Positions 1-10,668 of a stretch of DNA of 64,000 nt are shown piece after piece. The notes beneath the pieces are model-generated. The model was not told the origin of the DNA and searched no databases. It saw only the letters and a program-made list of their open reading frames with translations. Both the position numbers and the translations under genes were made by a program. The first letter of the stretch is position 1. Every line of letters begins with the position of its first letter. This DNA is from Octopus sinensis (lineage: Eukaryota), in the NCBI RefSeq assembly GCF_006345805.1, contig NC_042997.1:166780001-166844000 (forward strand), given 5' to 3'.

Positions 1-9
1 CACACACAT

Positions 10-44
<35 letters not shown>

Positions 45-443
45 CACTCGCGTATTTCAGATGTGTTAAACAAGAGTACTGCCCGGATTCTATGAATCAT
101 TGACTAAAACGGGTGTAGATGCTACGAAGTTTAGTCATTCAACTCGTAATGAGCCAGTTTTGTGTTTACGTTACACACCGTTACAGTGATTTATTACTTA
201 ACTTCTCTTTCCCTTCCTCTCTCTTCTGTCTATCCATCTGTCTCTGTTTGTCTCTCATGCCTCTTTTCTCCCGCCCTTTCTTTCTATTTTTACTGATGAT
301 GTTTAGAGCTAGGTCAATCTTATCATTAAAGGCATTCCAGCCGCGACCATCTCTTCTATTTCCTCATGTTCAGTGCCACCGGGATTTAACATTTTCCGTA
401 TTATTTCTATTAGCTAAGTAGGTAGTGTGCGATTTGAGGGAAA

Positions 444-873
444 GGATCTTTCCTGTTTGAACGGCAGTTTTTTCTAGCTTGTCATATGAAATTGTCACCC
501 ATAATTATGACCTTAGTATTGATCTTTTGCATTTCAATCTGTTTTACGGTTAGGGTTAGTTAGGGTTAGGGTTAGGAGTGGGGGGAAGGGTATTTTTTTT
601 CTTCACAAATGTAAATAAACCCAATCTGTTTCTTAAACGAGGGACATATTCATACGACACAGTATGTTTTTACCTCAATAGACGTCAGTGATTGGTTGAA
701 ATTGCAGAAATTGAAGAAAAAAAACAACAAATATCTTACAAGCTATAGAATTTTCTCAATAAAGCCAAGAGAAAAAGATGTTTTATAAACACATTCTATC
801 AGTATACGAAGTTTAAATTTTTTTAGTTACCTAGAAATTATGTTAAAAACTGCTATTCAAACCGAAAAGATCT
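444..873 (+). mobile_element. Merlin-like non-autonomous DNA transposon (MITE) with internal TTAGGG tract, copy 1
   Basis: ~28-bp TIRs (GGATCTTTCCTGTTTGAACGGCAGTTTTT ... AAAAACTGCTATTCAAACCGAAAAGATCT). 8-bp TSD GAGGGAAA at 436-443 and 874-881. Telomere-like tract at 548-576. Second copy at 34005-34435. GG-starting TIRs with an 8-bp TSD fit Merlin; hAT is not excluded. Confidence 0.8.
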
Positions 874-1042
874 GAGGGAAATTTAACTACTATTTCTAAA
901 AGGCCGAGAGACCACACAACAGAGTTTTCGTGTTTGGCTCGTTTATCTAATTTGTCGATAGTTGCGTGCCACCCCTCTTTGTCTGTCTCTATATCTTTCT
1001 TTCTCCCTCTCTTTGCAAGTGTGTAAATGTACGTTTTTGTGG

Positions 1043-1336
1043 TTATATGGACATCTGCTTGTTTCTCGCATTATGAGGGACAAGCGCTTGCGCTTTGCCG
1101 GACATTGCTGGCGAACTAAACAAGAGTTGGCAAATGACCTGCTGCTGTTGATACTAAAGCATGGCCGTATTTGAGCTGGTCATCCGAATACAACGTATGT
1201 AGATCAACTCGCCGGAGACACAGGATGCTTCTCCGTAGACCTCCCTCAACTAATGCTGGACCGAGATGGATGGCCTATGAAGGTTAGAAATGTCAGAGCA
1301 AGGTCGACCAGATGGTAGTTATGACGATGATAATAT

Positions 1337-1338
<2 letters not shown>
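1043..1338 (+). mobile_element. 3' fragment of an RTE/RTE-X-type LINE
   Basis: Translates to LYGHLLVSRIMRDKRLRFAGHCWR...HG...TTYVDQLAGDTG...LMLDRDGW, a typical RTE C-terminus. Ends in a (GAT/ATG)-like tail before a (TC)n(TA)n run. Confidence 0.7.
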
Positions 1339-1414
<76 letters not shown>

Positions 1415-2159
1415 TATGAATCTTGCATGCATGAAGTGGATTCGATCCACCATAGCCAAATTTAAATTAACACTGCAACAGAACTTTTCCCTCTGACAGC
1501 AGTTTTACATTTTCCAGATGCCTTTAGCTAGGCTGAAATAATGTCTTCACCACTTGACCCTTTCTAACTTCTTCTACTTCACCAAAAGCTACAATAGATA
1601 ACAAGACCACCAACTAAATCTATTGTTCTCAATGATATATCTATCCTTCTGGATCTTTATATAAGCAAGCACACCTCCAAGCAAAAATCAGTTAGTCACC
1701 AGCCGGTGACAACTCAGTGACAACGTAGTCTGGCTGAGCAGCTAGAACCTTGGTCAGAGGGAGAAATGAAATTTACTGTCAGCAACTTGAGACAATACCC
1801 TACAATTCTCTCTAGCTCTAATTCTGTTCTCTTACAACAACATTCTATCGCTATCTGTGGACTACTATTAACTATTCGTATACGCCGAACTATGTAAAGA
1901 GATATTCTACCGCATCTAACTTTCTCTCGCATGCTTTTGGATTGAACATAACCTGCCCGTCGAGGCAAGGTATTTGTAACGTAACGGAAAATAAATATTT
2001 CCTTAAAACTTCGTGCATTATCCATCTTTCACATCCTACAGTATGCGATTATAATAACCACAAACAATTTATGATCATTACAACTGCTGACACCGACATC
2101 CTCCTCATAATGTTTACTAATCAATTCCTCCTGTTACAAGTAACCAATTTCCACTGTTA

Positions 2160-2174
2160 CACACACACACACGT

Positions 2175-2218
<44 letters not shown>

Positions 2219-2256
2219 ACACACACACACACACACACACACAGACAGACAGACAG

Positions 2257-2288
<32 letters not shown>

Positions 2289-2295
2289 ACTCACA
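2160..2295. repeat. (CA)n/(CAGA)n microsatellite
   Basis: Visible directly in the sequence. Confidence 0.95.
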
Positions 2296-2317
2296 CATAG
2301 GAATGTATATATCTGTA

Positions 2318-2462
2318 ATATAATATGTGACAATTATTCGGTTGCCATAATAAAACTCAGAGTTTCGGATGTCGGGCGGAAATCCGCTCCTGCATCTCGT
2401 CAGTTATCGAGGAAATAAAAAAATGGTATGAAAATGACCGTTAAACAAAGGGAGATTACTGT
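2318..2462 (-). mobile_element. Truncated copy of the MITE at 13888-14120
   Basis: Aligns by eye to the reverse complement of about 13960-14120 (TAATATGTGAC..ATTATTCGG..ATAAAACTC.GAGTTTCGGATG). Confidence 0.7.
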
Positions 2463-2889
2463 GTAAGTGACTGTTATTAAGACAAAAGAGCTATTAGAAT
2501 GACAAATTGTGTATAGACGTGTATATGAACTTTTTGTGCGTGTGTGTGTGTGTGTGCGCGCGGGTATGTATATATGTACATGTATATGTACATGTGTAAT
2601 GTTGCATATATATGTGGGTGTATATGCATGTGTTTCACGCGAGTATGAGTGAGCATATGCACATATAAAATTAAACATATTTTCATCTACTTAGTCTGCT
2701 GGAGGATTTCAATTGAGCAACATATAGTTTCCTGAAGATATTTTGCTGTAGATATTCAAAATGCAAACTTATTTTATTCTATAGGTTTGTAATTTGTATT
2801 GAGTGTGAATTGAAGCAATTGTAGGCCTTATTAAAATGTAAATAAATTAATTTATATTCGTTAAATCTCTCACTTTCTCACTTAATTAA

Positions 2890-2944
2890 TATATATATAT
2901 ATTATATAAATATATATATATATATTATATATTATATATATATA

Positions 2945-3001
<57 letters not shown>
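2890..3001. repeat. (TA)n microsatellite flanking PLE insertions
   Basis: Visible directly in the sequence. Confidence 0.95.
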
Positions 3002-3198
3002 TTATTATATAGAAGGAGCTTCTACAGACTAGAACTGTTTCATTCAAGAGAAATCTTCAGGAAGCACTTCCTGAAGATTTCTCTTGAATGAAACAGTTCT
3101 AGTCCTGTAGAAGCTCCTTCTATATAATAATTAATTTTACTCTACTATGTATTGAGTACCTTATTTACTGTGGTTAACCCCGAATCAACCCGGGACCT

Positions 3199-3200
<2 letters not shown>
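3002..3200 (+). mobile_element. PLE pLTR fragment with inverted duplication (family F)
   Basis: Near-perfect hairpin, 3002-3065 versus 3067-3130, flanked by (TA)n. A single-arm copy of the same sequence lies at 58968-59105. Confidence 0.75.
3067..3113 (+). ncRNA. Minimal type I hammerhead ribozyme (family F); a mirror copy lies on the minus strand at 3018-3065
   Basis: cttc-CTGAAGA-tttctcttgaat-GAAA-cagttctagtcctg-TA-gaag. Intact core, helix I cttc/gaag, helix III cag/ctg, GUA cleavage triplet. The first helix II pair is an atypical U.U. Confidence 0.75.
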
Positions 3201-3234
<34 letters not shown>

Positions 3235-3483
3235 TATATATATATTATATATATATATATATATATAATTATGTGAAATAGAAAGATGAATAATCTTGTA
3301 GTAGATTAATCAAAAGTTGAACCGATACCTTAGTAGCAAAATCATCACAGCAGTAAACAGCACGGTTGGAGGTACAACCATCTGGCGTTGCAACCGTGCG
3401 TTGGTGCGGATAATTGAAATTAAAACATTATTGGTGAATTGAAGAAATGGAGCTGAACGCAGATTGAACAGAAATCGTTTTAT

Positions 3484-3570
3484 TTCATTCTACACGTGTT
3501 TCGAAAGGCACAAATTACCAAAATCCGATTGAATAATGGGACCATATTGTGTCTTTCTCTTCAGGAAGAA
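3484..3570 (-). ncRNA. Type I hammerhead ribozyme in the 3' pLTR (family A)
   Basis: Minus strand: ttcttc-CTGAAGA-gaaag[~45 nt]ctttc-GAAA-CACGTG-TA-gaatgaa. The palindromic minimal helix III is typical of PLE HHRs. Confidence 0.85.
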
Positions 3571-4168
3571 AAAAGGAAATCCGTTGGAAAAACAAAAACA
3601 GAACAGAGGCGGAGCAAAAAACAAATCGAACTGTGCTCCTAAGAGCCATGGCGAAACTGTTTATCAGTGTATGTTGAGAACCGGTGGCTGAAGAATTCAA
3701 CGGGTCAGGCATCGGTCAATCATGTGGGTGAGGGTGTATAGATGTTCTTTGTGACCGAGAATAAAGTTCTGACTATTTAAAGGATATTGGATGTTTTATA
3801 AGGGGCGAGAAAATCTACTTAGAGACGTGTGTGTGTGTATACTGTTCTATATATGTGTGTGTTGGCGTAGGGGTAGAAAACATTTTTTGTGTACGTGTGT
3901 GCGTTTGATCGTTCGGCTGTCAGTGGCTACTGCCGTGATAACCGTTGGGTGGCAGAAAAAAATAAAAAAATTATATATATATTATGTTTTATGTGTGTGT
4001 GTGTATGTTCATCTAAGCCTGCCTTGACAAGGAAACCCCCCGCTGTGAAAAACCAAGCCCCGTTTGTCTTACAGGAGTAATTTCCCTTGCAGTGGTTAAT
4101 CGTAGATATCTTAAAGGCTATTTCAGAATTTGTTACCAAGGGCTATGGGTGCCGGTATTATTTATAAC

Positions 4169-6863
4169 CTATTTAAAGGCCAGATAAGTGTAACGCCGCC
4201 AATGGGGGCATCGAAAAGCCGACTGTAAGAGCCCGTTTACCATCCGGCCTCTGGCAAACAAAATATGGAAGAGTTCGGAGACACAAAGGTTGCACTGTCT
4301 TCTGCCCCTATCAAATGGGAGGGCCACCGACAAAATTGACCATTCCAGCCTATAGCTTAAGTTCGCATCCTTCAGTCGCCATATTAGCTTACTGAGTCCC
4401 GTGGTCTGGCGCTTGTTCACGTCCCGAAAAGTTGCGTAATGGTTGGAGACACGCAAAGACAATCTTGAGGATGATGCCCCTACATAAGTGAAGGCATCTG
4501 AGTCGTGTAAACCTTGCATTGGTAGACGGCGTTTTTGATCTTGGAGTTCGCCGACGTGAATCTTAATCTGCTAGGATTGGTTTCTGAGATTAGAACTGCG
4601 TTCCTGTCACTATATTCGTTCCGAGACCTGCAGCCGCTTACTACTCTATTTTCCACTACGTCACTATTAACTATAGGAATAACCCCTGATTCTCCACTAT
4701 CTATCAGAGAGCTGTCATTGCTACTGCCCGTGGTACTGCTATTGCGGAAATGATGCTGGGGATGCTAATGGGGCTCTCTACCCTACTCCCATTGTTACCG
4801 TCAACCACAACACCCCTATTTATAACTATACCCCTAGTGGGTACTCCCTGGCTGGAGCTGAGATTATGTGTCACTGTACTGGCTCTCATATCATTATTAC
4901 TACTATAATTATTCCTACTGAGCATTAAACCGGGAGCGGAAGAGGCTGTGCCTCCGGAAAAAGGTGATAGGGTCTTAGTAGTAGCCTATTATTATGGGGG
5001 GGGCGATTATCTGGGCGAGGTTTTTAGTGTTGGAGAAAGCTATCCTAACTTTATGTGAGTTAACCGTGGAGTAATATTTGGAATTTCTGGGGAAGTTATT
5101 GGCGATGGCTTGTCTAAACATGAGGGGGAGGTTAGTTCTAATCTGCTTACCAAAGGGGATTACAAACCATATATGCTTATTCCTATCAGTGTGATGGGTC
5201 GGGACGCCAGCTCTCGCATTCGGGTGGGTGATTCTCGGATGAATAACGGGTCTTGGGTTAGTGTAAGACCTCCCGGACCGATAATTATCCTTGTTCGCTA
5301 AATTAAATGCGGGAGCGACTACCCCGGCATCCGCCGCGCTCCCGTCCTTACTTAAAATGTTAATGTTATTATATACGGCCCTATCCTGATGACCGAATGA
5401 TGGCATCGGAAGGGCCGGATCAATATAAATTACCTTCTGCCTATAACCGGCCTTGGATAGTGCGGCGTTATAAAATCCGCTTTCAGCATAAAAAGATCGG
5501 CACTGGCGGACAAGCCAGACAATCTTAGAGAGATGTTTTTAACCAAATTGTCTGTTACGGTTTTGGCATGATTTGAGAAGACACTGACATACTTCAAATT
5601 AGTGGAAGGCTTATGGTAAGGGCAGTATGAGTCGCTATTAAGGTTAAGTGTAACGTCTAGGAAATTAGCCTTGGTGAGTTCATTATCAAAAACTATACTC
5701 ATGCCCATTCTATTAAAAAACCTAGCTAACCTGCTCTTAGTTTTCTGCACTATTCTGTTCGTGGTGTTTTGCAGGTAAAACAGACAATCGTCACGATACA
5801 GGCCGCCCGCGATCTCCGGGAATTGATCGGACAATTCGTAGAGAATATATATTCCGACCAAATCGGCTATCTGCGCACTATCCGAACTACCCATAGGCAC
5901 ATCAAATTCATTGGGAGTATCTTTACGGATCCACAACTTATTATCAAACTTAATAAACGATTTCCTGGCAACTAAAATGATATCTATCTCTTCTCTGGTG
6001 AGGCCAGCCTTGTTGTGAGCATGCCAGAGGGCCTTATTTAGCACACTAGGGTTAATCGAGGGGTAGAAGCTGGCGATATCAAACTGAATGAACCTAGTAC
6101 GGTTCTTATTGGGGATGGAAGAGAACCACTTCACTACCTGCGAGGAATTGGCCCAGAGGCTGAGCTTCAGCTTGTTTACTAAACTAGGGATATATTTATC
6201 TAAAATGTACTTACTGATTATCCCGATATCAGATCTAGCAGGGCATATGAGTCTTAGCGCTGGGTTGGTGTGGAAGTTAGGTTTATGGTCCTTCACTATA
6301 AATCTGGGTTGCTTGGGGCTAAGCGGCTGAGTTCTCAATTGAATTCGGTGTTTAAATATTATATCCTTAATTTCCAAGTTTACCTTCCTCAGGGTACTCC
6401 AATTGGTTTTTCTATAATTTTTCTTGATCTCTTTACCGAGTAAATCTAGGTACTGCTTAATGGGCATCTTGTATGTGTTCCTGGTCTTGTCGGACTGGAC
6501 CAGGACTCCGTCCGTTCTATTAATGTCCTTGGTAATTTTATCTAGGTATCTGAGGTGGGCATTTCTCCTGGGTGACTTCCTGAACTTAATCTTTCTAACT
6601 ATGTCCCACAAGTCGTCCTCAAACTTCTTCAGTCTTGGGTTCGGTGGCGGCGTATCCAATGTTTTAAAAAGCCGGCCGTATTCGGACGATGCTGTTGTCC
6701 GGTTCGATTTTAGATCTTCGTTCTCGTGGAAGAAAATGAGCCATCTTATCCGGTTTATGAATGCGTTGGTTTTACAAACCAACTCCTTAAGGAAGGCATC
6801 CTTTGGTGGTATAGGAATATCCTTAAGGGACGCATCAATCTCGAACAACTCCATTATTGGCAT
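4169..6863 (-). CDS. PLE RT + GIY-YIG polyprotein (about 900 aa after correcting several 1-bp frameshifts)
   Basis: Track ORFs 5430-6863, 4975-5406, 4704-4925 and 4169-4519 are collinear. The frameshifts lie at different positions from those in copy B. Confidence 0.85.
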
Positions 6864-7110
6864 CGGTTAAAGTAGCAGTTTCTTGACGAAGCGGTATGTA
6901 TTATGTGAAATAGAAAGATGAATAATCTTGTAGTAGATTAATCAAAAGTTTAACCGATACCTTAGTAGCAAAAATCACAGCAGTAAACCACGGTTGAGGT
7001 ACAACCATCTGGCGTTGCAACCGTGCGTTGGTGCGGATAATTGAAATTAAAACATTATTGGTGAATTGAAGAAATGGAGCTGAACGCAGATTGAACAGAA
7101 ATCGTTTTAT

Positions 7111-7197
7111 TTCATTCTACACGTGTTTCGAAAGGCACAAATTACCAAAATCCGATTGAATAATGGGACCATATTGTGTCTTTCTCTTCAGGAAGAA
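7111..7197 (-). ncRNA. Type I hammerhead ribozyme in the 5' pLTR (family A)
   Basis: Identical to the motif at 3484-3570. Confidence 0.85.
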
Positions 7198-7200
7198 AAA

Positions 7201-10200
7201 ACCGATGCCAATAATGGAGTTGTTCGAGATTGATGCGTCCCTTAAGGATATTCCTATACCACCAAAGGATGCCTTCCTTAAGGAGTTGGTTTGTAAAACC
7301 AACGCATTCATAAACCGGATAAGATGGCTCATTTTCTTCCACGAGAACGAAGATCTAAAATCGAACCGGACAACAGCATCGTCCGAATACGGCCGGCTTT
7401 TTAAAACATTGGATACGCCGCCACCGAACCCAAGACTGAAGAAGTTTGAGGACGACTTTGGGACATAGTTAGAAAGATTAAGTTCAGGAAGTCACCCAGG
7501 AGAAATGCCCACCTCAGATACCTAGATAAAATTACCAAGGACATTAATAGAACGGACGGAGTCCTGGTCCAGTCCGACAAGACCAGGAACACATACAAGA
7601 TGCCCATTAAGCAGTACCTAGATTTACTCGGTAAAGAGATCAAGAAAAATTATAGAAAAACCAATGGAGTACCCTGAGGAAGGTAAACTTGGAAATTAAG
7701 GATATATATTTAAACACCGAATTCAAATGAGAACTCAGCCGCTTAGCCCCAAGCAACCCAGATTTATAGTGAAGGACCATAAACCTAACTTCCACACCAA
7801 CCCAGCGCTAAGACTCATATGCCCTGCTAGATCTGATATCGGGATAATCAGTAAGTACATTTTAGATAAATATATCCCTAGTTTAGTAAACAAGCTGAAG
7901 CTCAGCCTCTGGGCCAATCCTCGCAGGTAGTGAAGTGGTTCTCTTCCATCCCCAATAAGAACCGTACTAGGTTCATTCAGTTTGATATCGCCAGCTTCTA
8001 CCCCTCGATTAACCCTAGTGTGCTAAATAAGGCCCTCTGGCATGCTCACAACAAGGCTGGCCTCACCAGAGAAGAGATAGATATCATTTTAGTTGCCAGG
8101 AAATCGTTTATTAAGTTTGATAATAAGTTGTGGATCCGTAAAGATACTCCCAATGAATTTGATGTGCCTATGGGTAGTTCGGATAGTGCGCAGATAGCCG
8201 ATTTGGTCGGAATATATATTCTCTACGAATTGTCCGATCAATTCCGGAGATCGCGGGCGGCCTGTATCGTGACGATTGTCTGTTTTACCTGCAAAACACC
8301 ACGAACAGAATAGTGCAGAAAACTAAGAGCAGGTTAGCTAGGTTTTTTAATAGAATGGGCATGAGTATAGTTTTTGATAATGAACTCACCAAGGCTAATT
8401 TCCTAGACGTTACACTTAACCTTAATAGCGACTCATACTGCCCTTACCATAAGCCTTCCACTAATTTGAAGTATGTCAGTGTCTTCTCAAATCATGCCAA
8501 AACCGTAACAGACAATTTGGTTAAAAACATCTCTCTAAGATTGTCTGGCTGTCCGCCAGTGCCGATATTTTTATGCAGAAAGCGGATTTTTATAACGCCG
8601 CACTATCCAAGGCCGGTTATAGGCAGAAGGTAATTTATTGATCCGGCCCTTCCGATGCCATCATTCGGTCATCAGGATAGGGCCGTATATAATAACATTA
8701 ACATTTTAAGTAAGGACGGGAGCGCGGCGGATGCCGGGGTAGTCGCTCCCCTTTTTAATTTAGCGAACAAGGATAATTATCGGTCCGGAGTCTTACACTA
8801 ACCCAAGACCCGTTATTCATCCGAGAATCACCCACCCGAATGCGAGAGCTGGCGTCCCGACCCATCACACTGATAGGAATAAGCATATATGGTTTGTAAT
8901 CCCCTTTGGTAAGCAGATTAGAACTAACCTCCCCCTCATGTTTAGACAAGCCATCGCCAATAACTTCCCCAGAAATTCCAAATATTACTCCACGGTTAAC
9001 TCACATAAAGTTAGGATAGCTTTCTCCAACACTAAAACCTCGCCCAGATAATCGCCTCCCATAATAATAGGCTACTTACTAAGACCCTATCACCTTTTTC
9101 CGGAGGCACAGCCTCTTCCGCTCCCGGTTTAATGCTCAGTAGGAATAATTATAGTAGTAATAATGATATGAGAGCCAGTACAGTGACACATAATCTCAGC
9201 TCCAGCCAGGAGTACCCACTAGGGGTTATAGTTATAAATAGGGGTGTTGTGGTTGACGGTAACAATGGGAGTAGGGTAGAGAGCCCCATTAGCATCCCCA
9301 GCATCATTTCCCGCAATAGCAGTACCACGGGCAGTAGCAATGACAGCTCTCTGATAGATAGTGGAGAATCAGGGGTATTCCTATAGTTAATAGTGACGTA
9401 GTGGAAAATAGAGTAGTAAGCGGCTGCAGGTCTCGGAACGAATATAGTGACAGGAACGCAGTTCTAATCTCAGAAACCAATCCTAGCAGATTAAGATTCA
9501 CGTCGGCGAACTCCAAGATCAAAACGCCGTCTACCAATGCAAGGTTTACACGGACTCAGATGCCTTCACTTATGTAGGGCATCATCCTCAAGATTGTCTT
9601 TGCGTGTCTCCAACCATTACGCAACTTTTCGGGACGTGAACAAGCGCCAGACCACGGGACTCAGTAAGCTAATATGGCGACTGAAGATGCGAACTTAAGC
9701 TATAGGCTGGAATGGTCAATTTTGTCGGTGGCCCTCCCATTTGATAGGGGCAGAAGACAGTGCAACCTTTGTGTCTCCGAACTCTTCCATATTTTGTTTG
9801 CCAGAGGCCGGATGGTAAACGGGCTCTTACAGTCGGCTTTTCGATGCCCCCATTGGCGGCGTTACACTTATCTGGCCTTTAAATAGCGTTTATAAATAAT
9901 ACCGGCACCCATAGCCCTGGTAACAAATTCTGAAATAGCCTTTAAGATATCTACGATTAACTACTGCAAGGGAAATTACTCCTGTAAGACAAACGGGGCT
10001 TGGTTTTTTCACAGCGGGGGGTTTCCTTGTCAAGGCAGGCTTAGATGACATACACACACACACATAAAACAATATATATATATAATTTTTTTATTTTTTT
10101 CTGCCACCCAACGGTTATCACGGCAGTAGCCACTGACAGCCGAACGATCAAACGCACACACGTACACAAAAAATGTTTTCTACCCCTACGCCAACACACA

Positions 10201-10632
10201 CATATATAGAACAGTATACACACACACACGTCTCTAAGTAGATTTTTTCTCGCCCCTTATAAACATCCAATATTCTTTAAATAGTCAGAACTTTATTCTC
10301 GGTCACAAAGAACATCTATACACCCTCACCCACATGATTGACCGATGCCTGACCCGTTGAATTCTTCAGCCACCGTTTCTCAACATACACTGATAAACAG
10401 TTTCGCCATGGGCTCTTAGGAGCACAGTTCGATTTGTTTTTTGCTCCGCATCTGTTCTGTTTTTGTTTTTCCAACGGATTTCCTTTTTTCTTCATGAAGA
10501 GAAAGACACAATATGGTCCCATTATTCAATCGGATTTTGGTAATTTGTGCCTTTCGAAACACGTGTAGAATGAAATAAAACGATTTCTGTTCAATCTGCG
10601 TTCAGCTCCATTTCTTCAATTCACCAATAATG

Positions 10633-10636
<4 letters not shown>
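7201..10636 (+). mobile_element. Inverted near-full-length copy B of the same PLE
   Basis: Reverse-complement match to about 3427-6868 over 3.4 kb. Same RT and GIY-YIG motifs (track ORFs 7163-7468, 7727-7930, 7930-8313, 8313-8633, 9132-9386, 9674-9886). Ends in (TA)n. Confidence 0.92.
10488..10574 (+). ncRNA. Hammerhead of copy B with a core substitution (ATGAAGA instead of CTGAAGA)
   Basis: Same fold as 3484-3570. The C3-to-A change should inactivate it, unless it is a sequencing error. Confidence 0.7.

Positions 10637-10668
<32 letters not shown>

Larger units (their letters stand above)
3268..7200 (-). mobile_element. Full-length PLE, copy A (pLTR-ORF-3'UTR-pLTR); C-terminal GIY-YIG type, Nematis-like
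   Basis: Direct-repeat pLTRs at 3268-3570 and 6900-7200. RT motifs KDHKPNF, FIQFDIASFYPSI, FDVPMGSSDSAQIADLVG, GLYRDDCL, FLDVTL. GIY-YIG motifs AVYQC..YVG, TGLSKLIWRLK, CNLC, CPH. The 3' end abuts (TA)n. Confidence 0.92.

Noticed and set aside
548-576. TTAGGG tract as a true telomere or a telomerase RNA template
   Set aside because: It is short, internal to a TIR element with TSDs, and present in both copies.
1720-1900. Open plus-strand frame EQLEPWSEGEMKFTVSNLRQYPTIL...; similar short exon-like patches at about 19860, 20440, 27810 and 48880
   Set aside because: No recognisable domain and ambiguous splice sites; cannot be supported without searches.
2725-2790. CTGAAGA followed by a stem (possible HHR); similar weak cases at about 26775-26825 (-) and 44230-44275 (-)
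   Set aside because: GAAA and/or helix I pairing are missing; too degenerate to support.
4169-6863. Naiad/Chlamys-type or selenoprotein PLE
   Set aside because: The endonuclease is C-terminal, HHRs are present, and no in-frame TGA was seen at Cys positions in the reconstructed linker/endonuclease region.
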